Shown piece after piece: positions 49,800-62,800 of a stretch of DNA of 64,000 nt. The position numbers and the translations under genes were made by a program. Below the pieces are notes generated by a model, which was given only the letters and a program-made list of their open reading frames with translations, was not told the origin of the DNA and made no database searches. This DNA comes from Phoronis australis (lineage: Eukaryota; Animalia; Phoronida), in NCBI GenBank assembly GCA_002633005.1, contig NMRA01000749.1:1-64000 (forward strand), given 5' to 3'. Numbering within the stretch: the stretch's first letter is position 1; each line of letters begins with the position of its first letter.

Positions 49800-50390
49800 A
49801 ATTACCAGTCGATAAATGAATAGTTGACAAGAAATCTCAAATGACTCGAGAATGGTAACTTCTAGAACAAAATATTGAACCACTTCCTGTCGCTGTTGAT
49901 GAGTTGTTTTCGTGCACCAAGTTTCAGAAAGATGCATCAAGGGGTGGCTGGGCCATTGGTCCGTAAAGATCAAAATTAAAAAAACAGCCACTGCAGCGCC
50001 ATCTTGTGTCCTATATAAACCAGAATCAGAAACCATCGAGCTATTGACAAAAATTGAGGCCTACAGCGTGGTCAATCAACAAGACAATGATCAGCCAACA
50101 GTCTTCAGAAAATCTAGAGAACTCTATAATCAAAGGTCACGGCAAGAAATAGATGATGATTTGATGTAAGGACACCAGCGAAAAATGGGAAGATTGTTGT
50201 CACAGCACAATCTTACGTCCGATTGCCACCACTAATAATACCGTAGGCACCAAGCTATTGAAAAGACACCTGTTGTGACTGTGTGAACTCCATGTAAATG
50301 AGAAATGTGACTTACAAACAGGCAAACAAACCAACCTTTATAACAGAGTAACATACTAGGCGAAAAAATAAATATTTCGCCCAGTAATAA
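49800..50390 (-). mobile_element. HINE/DINE-1-like repeat (second family); lower boundary approximate
   Basis: Terminal palindrome TACTAGGCGAAA...TTTCGCCCAGTA (50354-50386), adjacent (GTTT)-like microsatellite on the minus strand, GAAACTTGGT-type body motifs. Confidence 0.5.
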
Positions 50391-51307
50391 TATCGGAAAA
50401 TAGCACCACTTGTAACAGATGTAGAGCTTGACGAACACATCATTATGCGCATATCAATCATTTGCTCAATCTAATCGAACGAAAACTTCGAATTCACTGC
50501 CAACCCTGTCGTGCCAAAGGAAAGCAAGACAGACAGTCTTGCATTTCCATTGACCACCTTCTTACTGGCAACTTTTAACACAAATTATAAATCAGATTAC
50601 CCACTCTAACAAAATGCGCATCGAATGTTCAGTGCCATTATAGAAACCAATGTCCATCCCCAGCTTCAACAGATCATTCATGGCAGTCACAACTGAAATG
50701 AACTTTTGAAGAAAGCATCAGTTTTGACAGGGTTAGGAAACCCTTCCGAAATTGGAATGCTTCGTATCAATTACCTCGTCTCCTTTTAAGGGTAGAAAAC
50801 AACTGTTATCATGGCAAAGAAAATATCGAGATCTGTCAGTCAAATTTAATCAGCTAAGTTGACGGTTGACACGTCCAAGTCAAAAGAAGGAAGAGAACGC
50901 CTCACCCCCTCTTTAATGGCCACTTAGCACAGCACTGAATTCAAAACGACTGATGTCTGAAATAGTCTTATTTGAGTCAAAAACATAGAATCCCTAAGAC
51001 TTCTACTGGCAGCAAAACATTCCAGCATAAGAAAATAGACAAAAGCTACATTTGCTGCCCTGGAAGACATGTCTGTCAGCAGACATGACTCAAACAACTG
51101 AATGGGAACCAACAAGTACACACACGTTACTTGTCAACCAAACTGGCAGAATACCAATGAAGCACATGTTATGGGCATTCCCCTGAGCCTTCACCAAGGA
51201 ATGTTCACCACCAGAGGGCCTCGCTTCAACAAGCAGGTCAGCCGGGGTCAGGCCTGGACCATCACCAGTCAAACTGGGGTTGCCATGGTTAGTGCACCAC
51301 TCTATAT

Positions 51308-52309
51308 GTAAGCCAGATGTCTGTGAGAATCTCTCTCTGACCGTTGAGACAAATGGCCCGTACTGCTTGAGCGCTGGTAGTGTAGACATGACCAACGCTT
51401 GTCGGCTAGTCACATGGGCGAGGGTACATGAACGATACTGGCACCAGCGCGACCTGTGCACAGCGGCGCCACCTGTGAAAGAGAGCAAAAATTGTTGTGA
51501 CGAGAAAATACACTTACAAATGACTGCAGCTGACGACTCATTCAGTTTGGCGTAGAGCCAGTTTTTGACCATATAACTGATAAAATCATCGTTCTTAGTT
51601 ATCTGAATAACATTTAAGTTTTTGTGCTAACCTGATAAAATAGACAAAAGAGTAGTATTCAGAAAAACAATATCATAATGGTGAACAATTGCCACACTTG
51701 ATTAAACCAATCACCTAACAATTAAAAAATTCTACTCTCAGCCAGTTGTATTCTAATGTCCACAGCTGCAAACAGATATGTTGCCAAGTGTGAGTTTGAA
51801 ATGGCAGAAAAAGAAAAAGACAATGCTTTCCATGAAGCAATCAAACCACAAAGGTCTTGGTATGAAATTAGCAAAATGGCCAATGCTACGTGCGCAGACT
51901 TAAGATATACCGGCAACAGTGTACATACAATTTCAATGATGAATATTGACAGCAAACAACATAAGTATGGGATAATATGACCCAGAATATTCCACATTCC
52001 AAGTAGAATTCACACTTAGAAAAGCTGATGGGGAAACCAATTTTCAGTCTGATCATCATTTTCCGTAAAGTGTGCCGTATTTTTTAAATGTCTGGAGATA
52101 AATGACTGGTTACCTTTGACCATTCATTCTGCTGGGGGTCATATGCCTCTACGTCACTCAGGTACTGCTGACCATCGTACCCGCCGCAGGCAAACAGTCT
52201 CTCCCCGAGACAGCAGACGCCGACTGCATCACGTGCTGAACTGATAGAGGAGATGACCGTCCACGAGTCGGTCAGGGGGTCGTATCTGGTAGAAAGAGAA
52301 ACAAACTGG
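51308..52309 (-). repeat. Duplicate of 52311-53316 containing the last two kelch-gene exons (52114-52285, 51410-51472); probable uncollapsed haplotype
   Basis: Near-identical ~1-kb tandem copies joined by single n at 52310; both encode identical peptides. Confidence 0.9.
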
Positions 52310-52412
52310 NGTATGCCAGGTGTCTGTGAGAAACTCTCTCTGACCGTTGAGACAAATGGCCCGTACTGCTCGAGCGCTGGTAGTGTAGACACGACCAACG
52401 CTTGTCGGCTAG

Positions 52413-55400
52413 TCACATGGGTGAGGGTACATGAACGATACTGGCACCAGCGCGACCTGTGCACAGCGGCGCCACCTGTGAAAGAGAGCAAAAATTGTTG
52501 TGACGAGAAAATATACTTACAAATGACTGCAGCTGACGACTCATTCAGTTTGGCGTAGAGCCAGTTTTTGACCATATAACTGATAAAATCATCGTTCTTA
52601 GTTATCTGAATAACGTTTAAGTTTTTGTGCTAACCTGATACTATAAACAAAAGAGTAGTATTCAGAAAAAGCGATATAATAATGGTGAACAATTGCCACA
52701 CTTGATTAAACCAATCACCCAAAAATAATTAAACATTTCTACTGTCAGCCAGCTGTGTTCTAATGTCCACAGCTGCAAACAGATATGTTGCCAAGTGTGA
52801 GTTTGAAATGGCAGAAAAAGAAAAAAAACATGCTTTCCATGAAGCAATCAAACCACAAAGGTCTTGGTATGAAATTAGCAAAATGGCCATTGCTACGTGC
52901 GCAGACTTAAGATATACCTGCGACAGTGTACATACTATTTCAATGATGAATAATAAGAGCACACAACATACGTATGTGATAATATGGCCCAGAATATTCC
53001 ATATTCCAAGTAGAATTCACACTTAGAGAAGCTGATGGGGAAACCAATTTTCAGTCTGATCATCATTTTCCGTAAAGTGTGCCGTATTTTTTAAATGTCT
53101 GGAGATGAATGACTGGTTACCTTTGACCATTCATTCTGCTGGGGGTCGTATGCCTCTACGTCACTCAGGTACTGCTGACCATCGTACCCGCCGCAGGCAA
53201 ACAGTCTCTCCCCGAGACAGCAGACGCCGACTGCATCACGTGCTGAACTGATAGAGGAGATGACCGTCCACGAGTCGGTCAGGGGGTCGTATCTGGTAGA
53301 AAGAGAAACAAACTGGTATAAATGTGGTAAACACTGTACCCCTGAAGCAGGCGAGCAATGCAACAGTCACGGTTCAACAGAATGTAAATGATTTCTGCAG
53401 TGGATCTACCAATCTAAATGACTTCTGCGGCAAAAATGCTTTTCCCCGTCATTCTTGCACTGAGACGGAATGAGTGAACCCAAGTTGACAAAATCGTACA
53501 TCCACCCACCATTACACAAGATACTGATATTCTCCTAATACTGATATGGCATTTTAGCTATATTTTCATTAATACTTCCAATAAGAAAATAAGCATCAAT
53601 ATTAGCCTAGTGTATTTGCGCCACTAAGATACTGGCTTGAGTGCACACTTCTAAGGCCAGACTTCATACATAAACCAGCGATGTCTTTCGCTTAATATGT
53701 TACGAGGGACACGCCAATGTTCTCAGAAAGACCTCATATCAGTTGCAAAGCCAACTAAATAATTACACTTCCAATTGTTTTTTTATTAAGTTAAACTCTC
53801 TTGTCATTCAGTTCACGCTGACTAACTGTTCATGGATTGAAGTAATTACCTTTGCTGGTCAAAGAATTGAGATGTTTTTTAAAACATCTCAATTCTTAAA
53901 AGCTTACAAACAAAGCGTATTAAAAGCTGTTAATAGTCTTTAAGTTGCAATATTCGAAGACAAAGTCGCCGACTATTTTCAGCCGACAGTTTGGTTTAAG
54001 AAACTCAAAATTCTTATCCAGAGTTGTATACGACAGAAAAAAGCATTGTCATTCTACTTACAATGCACCAATAAAGGCTACAAGCTATGTCCACTAAAAG
54101 TATTCTTCAAGTTCTGAAAGCATTATTAATGGTTTAAGTTCTGTATTTTTTAGAAGAATGTCAAGAAAAAGGGAATTCATTACAACTCATCAGTTACGTC
54201 AACTAAAATGCAACAGTTTTATTCTATGACCTACCTCTCGACACACTCAAATCGACTACTTGATGGGTTGCTGGCTGGTGCGTCATGGCCGCCGACAGCG
54301 AACAGGAACCCATTGCACGTGCCCATACCAACGCCCCCTCGCCTCTTGGCCATCGGGGCACAGAAGACCCACCTGTTGGTGTGTGGGTCAAAACATTCAA
54401 CAGTACGTAGACAGGAACTGCCATCACGGCCACCAACAGCATAGAGTCTGGAAAAAACACATTACAACTAGGTTCAATTTTAGCTTAATATGAAGAAAAA
54501 TAAAACAAAAATTTCAGCTTCAAGTTGGCGGAGAGCCGAAATTATTAAGAAATATATGGCATCCAAACTATGAAGAATTATTAAACAATAAGAAGCCCAC
54601 AACAGATTCCCAGTAGTGTAAAATTTTGACGACTGATTTTTTTTGCTTTTCTATCACACCAGTGAAGTTCACTACAATTAATTTCACTGACTACAAATCG
54701 TGACACTATTATGTGACTCACTTTCCCTGAAGCACAGCTACGCCCACCGTGCTACGTGCAGTGTTCATTGGGGCTACGTAAGTCCACACTCGGGCCTGAG
54801 GGTCCCACCTCTCCACTGAGGTCAAGTACGACCAACCGTCATGACCTCCCACTGCATACATAGGACCCTGTAGCACACTGACACCTAGTGGCAGAATAAT
54901 TTAACTTGTATGATAAAATTCGAAGATGACTTAAAATATCTTTCAATGAATGACCGTAAAGATACAAAACACAAGTTCAGAGGCCAAGAACTCCAATTTT
55001 AAAACTAGTACTTGCAAGCTCATAAACTGCAACACTGGTGTCAAAAATGTAGATGTTTGCAATTAAATTTAAGACAGTATTGCAATATAAGCATGGTATT
55101 CCTCAGCACTCCCTTGATCAGGACTGTGTTTATCATCTATACCCTCATGAGCTCATGAGAAAGTGCTGTAATTCAATTTGCGTTACGTGCTTTAGTTTTC
55201 AGCATTTCCTTCATCATTATGTCCAGACCTAGTTTAATCAAATCAGTTCAATTTAAGATCATGTACACAGGAAAACTGTGACAATACAGTTATCAGGGAA
55301 TCATTTACAATTTTAACACGTAAATCATGAAATGTACTGAACTGGTCTCAAAATTGTCGTGATAACAACTGGTTTGTACCATCAGAAGGAAATGACCATT

Positions 55401-58400
55401 ACACACAACTGTAATGATGTGGTCCAAGTTTTAAAGAATGACCAACACTACCTAAGTTTACACCTTTTTGTCACACCTTTAGTTGTCAGTATTCTGAATC
55501 ATCTGGTGATGGGAGTCATTTATGGTACAGAAAAATGACTTCAGTCACATTTTGAATGATTGACTAATCTGCTTACTATCTGCATTGTAGCAGCTGGTTA
55601 AGACAGCAAGAAGAAACTGTCCCTTTAAATTTCAACAAAATAATTTAAAAAATCAATAGTTTGCTACACAAAATGACAAATTCATTGATAAGTTAATCAG
55701 TCATCATTCGAAATAACTAGAACATAACAAAATCAAAGGTCACAAAATTACCTAGTCCATGTCTGTGAGTGGCCATGGCTGGCATTGTTGACCATGTCTT
55801 TTTTCTCGGGTCCCAGCACTCTACTGAATTCAAAGTCTTCAGGCCGTCACGGCCCCCAACTATGTATAGTTTATCATCTAGCACAGCCACCCCGAACTGT
55901 AACCTTCGACCCACCATGTGCGCTACCTGGGTCCACGTGTTAGTGCGCAAGTCATATTTTTCTATACTTGTACTTCCTACAAAGAAAATAACAGATAACA
56001 ACAAGAAAAACAATAACAAATAATAACGAACAACAAAAATGAATGAAATAGCGAATAACAAAAATTAACAACATAACGAATGAAAGCGCTTCGAGAAGCG
56101 ACACTTGGCAAATTAACAGAAGAGACGACGATGGAGATGATGACGAAGATGAAGAATATGACGACGATGGTGGCGATGATGAACAATACAACTAGTGATA
56201 ACATTCACAAGACAAACGGAGAGGCCAGAAATCAGTAAGTATAGGCTACAGTCTTGAGCGACACTTGGCGAAATTAACTGAAAAGATGACAACAGACGTG
56301 ATGACGAAGATGACGAACATGATGGCAATGGTGATGATGCTGAACAACATCATAACATTCACATGATGCACTTAGATGTCATAAATCAGCAAGAAATAGG
56401 CTACAGTCTTGTTCAATAGAAGCTACACCAACATCGATGCAGTAAGGGCGCTCAACAAAGGAACAGCGCTATCAGAAAATCTCCAATAGTTTGAAAAGTA
56501 GACGTCTAGCGAAAAATGGAAAATATCATCTGAAAGCCCGTTCAAAAATCTATCTAAATTGATGGTATCGCGGAATTCCGTAAATTTTTTTTCAAAAAAA
56601 ATTGAAATTTTGTGGTTTTTTTTAAGAAATTCAAAGTCAAATAACTCGAAAACGGTAAGTCTGAGAAAAAATTGTTAGAGGTCATTTGAAAAGGTCAACT
56701 TCAAAGAATCCACATGCAAAAATTCACGTCATTCTATCTACCCGTTTAAAATTGCACTCCAGCACGACTGAAAATGGGTCAACATGCGCCAGATCCGCTA
56801 TCTTGAAAGTGACTTCCGGTTAAACAAACTTTTATAATAGCCAATCAAATGAAAGAGACAGGTGACGAGATTGAAAATGATTGGTTCACCAATGTGCCCT
56901 CTACAGGAGAAAACGTTTTCGGCCAGATATCGAGGTGCGCATGCGCCATGGCCAATATTTCCGTCATCTTTGACCGGAAGTTAAGGATTTACTGTGCAGT
57001 TGTGGTACTTGTGTTCTGTAATAATCGTACCAAGTTTCAGCTCTGTACGTTGAAAAATGCAACCTCTTTGAGCATTTAAATCTGAAACCGTAAACAAAAT
57101 GGCCGCCACGTCCGCCATTTTCAATCCTATCATGACCAAAAACAATAGGCTTCCAGGACTTCCAGATCTACACGTTGTGTGCAAATTGCGACCTCTAGAG
57201 TGCGAACAAAAAAAAAAAAAAAACTTGATGGCAGAACAACATACTTGTCGGAATTCAAAGAATTCCGCCAAGTAAAAAACTTAGTGACAGAGCAACATAC
57301 TTGGTGAAATAACAACTCTGTGAATAGCAAAGCTTATAAAGTTTTCCTCCAACATCTGGTATGAAGGTTCAAATCCCACCATTGATTCAAACTCCACGAG
57401 TATCAGGCTGGTCAAGTGGATATCACGGGACTGTCCAGACTGTCCAGCTGTGGTGATTGTCTAGCATTTGGAGTCAACATGGACAAAGTAAGAATCACAG
57501 TTCTCACCATTTTTCCAAAATCAAATTCAAGAACTTTCCAAGGATATTTCAGACGAACTTGGGACATTTTCAGAATTGACTAAACAAACATAGTTTGTAC
57601 CATTGGTTTATAAATAAATCAAATTAAGTGATTATGCCATTCAACCGAAAAAAGACTGACAAGGTCTTTTCAAGGTCAGAACACAAAGTTCAAGTACTTT
57701 TTAAGTTTAGTCTCAAACTTAATATTTTTCAATATATTTGTGGATAGCACACAGATCTGCAGCCTGGGCAATGACGCTTAGAAGCGCTTTGTAAATTATT
57801 GTCAGAATTAACTCTGGTCTGAAGTTAAGAACAGAGAAAGGGGGACTAAAAAGTTACTGAAACCTGAAGTAGAATAGAGCAAGCTCAGCAGAGTAGAGCA
57901 AGCTCAGCAGAGTAGAGCAAGCTCAGCTGAGTAGAGCAAGCTCAGCAGAGTAGAGCAAGCTCAGCAGAGTAGAGCAAGCTCGGCTGAGTAGAGCAAGCTC
58001 AGCAGAGTAGAGCAAGCTCAGTAGAGTAGAGCAAGCTCAGTAGAGTAGAGCAAGCTCAGCTGAGTAGAGCAAGCTCAGCAGAGTAGAGCAAGCTCAGTAG
58101 AGTAGAGAAAGCTCAGTAGAAAAGTTGGAATAATATCACCACTAGAATGCATCAAGTTCGGTAAGTCTTAGCACAGCCACGATCGCAGAAAGCTCCTAAC
58201 CTTCTTTGCCCTTGAGGCAATCCATTCCGCCGACTGCATACAGCACCCCCACTGTCGATTTGCGAGGCTTTGTCCGCGGACTCTGCAGCGACATTCGCCT
58301 CTCGGGCAATAGGTGGTACTTCATCGCCTCCATGATGAGATCTTGACACTCGCGGTGGTCACGGAATATTGTGTTGGTTTCCACGTGATCGGCCAGGAAC

Positions 58401-59826
58401 TGTTGGCAGACGACAAGGGACATACAGCAGGAAATACACAGAAACCAGCAGCTCGGATTATGAATAATCTCATCTATTTCAGGCAAACATAATTGTTAAA
58501 ATTGCTCTTTTTTAATTTTCAAGGGCTACCAATTTTTTCAAAAAAGACTGACTACGTAGTTATGGTACAGAGCTTGAACAAGGAAAAAAATCAAATTTGT
58601 TGCTGCGTAATATTTCATGAAAAAATGAGAAAAGATTTCACTTGCCTGCCATATTGTGTCCTAAATTGGTGATTTTTTTCCAAACCCACGTTCAAACAAG
58701 AGATTTTGAAAAAGCATTAAAGGCAGTGCACCAATGACCCCAAATAACCACCGTGTCATAGTGTATCTCTTCAAAGCATGACATTTATGAAGTGAGCGTT
58801 CTTAAAACTTAATCTAATCTAAATCAAATAAAAACCTTCCACATTACGAGGCCTACCTTAGGGTTATGGCCTCATCACGGCATATTTTCACTCCCTAAGT
58901 TTCCGAGACCGTGCCTCGTCTACCATTCCCAGTTGATGCTATTTCACCTTGCAGCGTGTTGCTTTATTTCCTTACGTCACCCCCTTGACTGCCATCCTAA
59001 TTACATTACGTCACCCCCTTGACTGCCATCCATACTCTAAGAGGCGAAACGCTTGTAACATGGGCAGCCAAGTCTCTGATGCCCACTCCCCAGGACGTTG
59101 CCAAAATTAACATTTGTCTACTTGCTCACCTGTGGCCCCATCAGGGGTAGTTTCACCGTCGACAATAACTTGGGTAAACACTTCTTCCTATTGGCCAGCT
59201 CGTGTTTAGCCCAGAGCACCAGTGCATTGAAGGTCACTTCCTCATTCGGAACATTAAGATCGTCACTGAGCAAAAGTTTGGCAAGTTCATCAGGATGAAG
59301 CATAAGAAATTCCTGATTGTGCATCACCTCCACAAAATTTTCCTGGAAAAACAAGCATGTCATAAAGGCACAATGTATTTAATGACATTTCAAAACAATT
59401 TTTACTTCTATTAGAAATCAAAAAACTTGTTAACATTAACAACTAGATCACAAAGCACAAAAAAGAAATTTCTGATTACAGGTCACCTCGAAAAAATTTT
59501 CCAGGAAAGAAAACCATGTCAAAAACACTCAATTTCCTAAGTTTTTGAAACAACTTGGTACTTTTCATTTTTGTATTTCTTATAGAATTTCTAATCAATG
59601 TTTAGTGGAACTGTTCAGCCTTCACCTACCATAACATAGTTGTTGGCCACTTTATAGAGATCAATACAGCCCTGAGCATCGGCAAACTGCCGGATGCCGA
59701 TACAGTTGGAGGGGTGCAACTGCTTCATGAGGAACCCGCAGCATGCCTCGACAACGTCGGACAGTTGTAATATACACGCAGTGGAGAGCAGGCTTTCTAC
59801 TGAGTCTTCTGTGAGTTCTAGGCTAC
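52413..59826 (-). CDS. KLHL5: Kelch-like protein of the KLHL1/4/5 group (end of BTB, BACK, six kelch repeats); 5'-partial in this window
   Basis: Minus-strand exons 59826-59630 ([22 protein letters not shown]...[15 protein letters not shown]), 59342-59130 ([13 protein letters not shown]), 58399-58201 ([15 protein letters not shown]...[11 protein letters not shown]), 55976-55752 ([31 protein letters not shown]), 54884-54722 ([15 protein letters not shown]), 54447-54235 (KRRGGVG...GGHDAPAS), 53292-53121 ([13 protein letters not shown]), 52475-52413 ([11 protein letters not shown]...stop). Phases are consistent. The symbol denotes the likely co-orthologue of KLHL1/4/5. Confidence 0.93.
56098..56410. 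repeat. Two diverged ~160-bp tandem copies with (GAT/GAC)n tracts in a kelch-gene intron
   Basis: GCGACACTTGGC.AATTAAC...ATAGGCTACAGTCTTG occurs at about 56098-56256 and 56258-56411. Confidence 0.7.
56460..57279 (-). mobile_element. HINE/DINE-1-like repeat (third family); lower boundary approximate
   Basis: Terminal palindrome TACTTGTCGGAATTC-AAA-GAATTCCGCCAAGTA (57242-57274) next to a T-run on the minus strand; body with AAAATGGCCGCC, CCAAGTTTCAG and ATAACTCGAAAACGG motifs. Confidence 0.6.
57871..58120. repeat. 19-bp minisatellite (AGAGTAGAGCAAGCTCAGC), about 13 copies
   Basis: Head-to-tail units with few substitutions and no spacers. Confidence 0.97.
58812..59090 (-). mobile_element. Possible SINE/LINE-tail remnant
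   Basis: Minus strand ends in hairpin GAGGCC..GGCCTC followed by a (GATT[A/T])n tail; internal 24-bp direct duplication ACGTCACCCCCTTGACTGCCATCC. Confidence 0.35.
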
Positions 59827-62800
59827 CTGTAATGGACAGGACACAGAAGAATGAAAACCAAGGTCAATATCCTTCCACAACACTCTCCAGACCACCCCAT
59901 TCAGTTTCACTTTTATATTTGTAGTACTAGCTGACAGGCGAACCTCAAATGCCTGTCATTTTTGTCCATCGTTGTATCCCTCATTTAAAAATTGTGGATT
60001 CGTGTCTGTTCTTGTAAATAGAAGTGCTTCTGTCGTCTTCTTCGCTGGACTTAGAGAGGTTTACCGGTAACTCAGGGAAAATTTTGAAGAACAATGTCTT
60101 GAGATGATCTCGTAGAAATTGCCAAATGTTCAGTCATAGAACATAACTCCCCCATTTGAGGCCTCAATGTCAGAAACAACATAACAACAAACTAAAAAAC
60201 TAACTTTTTAATGTCAATTTCTGGCAAAGGCAAGGCACGAACGGAAATATTGTATCGGTTGGCGATATCTGTTGCTTTATCACCGTCTTTTGCAAGTCTG
60301 TGAATGNACTATCATCATTTGTTGCATATACATTTTCTACTGTTTCACCAAATATCATTATGATATATTTAGCAATCTAAGCAACATTGATGGGAGATTT
60401 GAATGTGTTCTTTTGATAATTCCTGGAATGTAGATACTAAAACTACCACAGTGACAGAACTTCACACATGATAACTTGTCTTTGGAATGTGTAACCTGAG
60501 CTCAACACACCATTCTAGTGGGTGTTTTCAGAGTCACCACCCAGTGCCTTTATAAATATACACAGAAAAACCAAAAACTGGACAGTATTTTTATAGTGTA
60601 AACAACCACTCACATGACTTAACTAAGAATACAAAGCCTACATTTCCAATAATCATCAAATTTCAAAAAAAATACCCGATTTCCCAACAAAAATCAAAAT
60701 AATGAAATTCTACAGTGAACATTTATCTCAGCAGCATTAAGACCACATAAGAAGGAATCTATTTCTACAAACTAATTAAATGGTTTCGCACACCGATAGA
60801 AGTTACAACCACAAAATTACGTCAAACAAACGGCAAAGATTTCCTCCAGTAAAAAATGTAAAATGAGAGGACCACCCATTCAGAAGGCGGAGGGCTCACA
60901 GTCATGCATAATTTACTATCACCATGTAAAACCTCTCAAGAACTTAGCCAGGCAATGTAAGCTGTAAAGTGCTTACACTTCAGTGTATTAGAAAATTTCT
61001 AAACAGCTGTGAGATAATGACATTCAGTAGTCATGCCTACTTCCACCTCCTCTCATTGAACAGATGCAAGTTGTGTTCACACAGACCATTTGTTAACACA
61101 AGTTGCCTCCATATGGGTACTTGCTATAGCATAAGTTGCGTTCACATTAGTCAATTGCTCCAGCATAAGTTGGTCAGCATGGGACCATGCTCCAGTACAA
61201 ATTGTCCTAACAACATGATGATTGGGAATAAGTGACCGTGTGGACAAAAGTTTAAACTTGTTCATCTTGACACTCATGTGACAGCTTGGAAGTAAGTTAA
61301 ACTGCACCAGATGAATTTGCCCCTTCGCGAGCGTCTTCTGCAGACGAAAGCAGTGCCAAAGAGGAAATGGAAAGAAACTAGCACAGCTCAGTTCAATGGA
61401 GCACTTTCTGACCCAAACATATGCGTAGAGTGCCTTCCTTCTTCTCAACTAGGGCCTTGACACTGTTGGCACATGTTGTGTGGATAGCCAACCGATGGGC
61501 AGGGGAAGTTATGCCATCCACACAATGTACAATAGTTTCCACGATAATTAGTTAACTTTGTTATATAAAGCAATCTGGAAGTTCCACACTTAATGTGAGA
61601 AAATCACATTAACGTTAACTAATGAAATTGAGAGAACATTTTAAAAGAGCATTTCCTTCTCACTTATAGCCCGATTTTGAAAATTAAGAAAAGCTAATTA
61701 AATCTAACACATTGATCCATTTTTTGTCACCATAGACATGGGATTCCACCACTAAAAGGACCAGAGTGATTACGTGCAACTTCTATTAAGCTATTTAAGC
61801 TGCAAAAACTGACCAAACCCATCAACTTTATGAAAAGTTCACACTCTGTTGGTACATAAATCATCACCTCGTATGACATGGAAAGGTTTGAGACAAATGT
61901 GGAGTGACTGAGTATACAACCAGTGTTTACAATTAAGATTTTAGGAATACTACATTGTTTCTGTTCTGTACTATGTAGTATCAAAATCTACAAAATTACA
62001 GAAGAACAGAAAGCAAATTACATAACTGTCGAAAAATCAAACTCCCAGTGCAACAATAACAACCCCAATGAGGAAACCCGCGCCCTTTCATGAAACTTTA
62101 TGAACATTTTCAAATTTATTTATCAGTAAAGCTTTGATACAATAAATCAGGCTGCTGATAGAAGACTTGTTATTCACCATTGTAACAGCACCAATGATAT
62201 CAAGATTCAAGGCACTATGATAACATAGATGTATGTCGTCTAGACACATGAACTGTCTGTAAACAGAAACCTCCCTGGAACACAACTTGGCCTAAATTGT
62301 ACCTACTATCAAAACATTACCTTTAGTAGTTGTGATGCCCAATGAAACAAAATGTAAAGGGAGTGTGAAATCCACTTGCAAAAATTCTGTTTTCGACAAT
62401 AATCCTGATCTGCTGGTACCAGTCTAATTCATGAGCCCAATACAAACCACGTCAGCATGCAGACGAGGCATTACTGCACGAGATTTGACTGCCGGAGTTC
62501 GCTGAGGAACTAATACAACCTGCGGACAAGAGGCACACGTAAATCACAGTAAAAGTAGATTGCCCCCATGTGTATTTATAAAAGGCGTTATTTAACACCA
62601 GATTTCTAAATTTCGAGACTTCAGGTTTTCGTGATGGATAAGCATATGGAACAGAGGATGTTATATTGATAATACAGATCAGTTTTGTATGGCATTCAAG
62701 CATGATTTTCTATGGTCAGCTGTAAAATTTGTGCAGAAAAGTTAAACTGAAATCAACATTAATCAGTGTGCACTTTATAACCAACATACTGTACACAGAA

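Noticed and set aside
57360-57385. tRNA gene (GGTTCAAATCCC B-box)
   Set aside because: No cloverleaf or A-box; at most a SINE relic.
57871-58120. CRISPR-like array
   Set aside because: Units are contiguous with no unique spacers, there are no cas genes, and the context is a eukaryotic intron.
8121-59826. U12 or non-canonical introns, stop readthrough or selenocysteine recoding
   Set aside because: All traced introns are ordinary GT-AG and no in-frame stops occur in either gene model.
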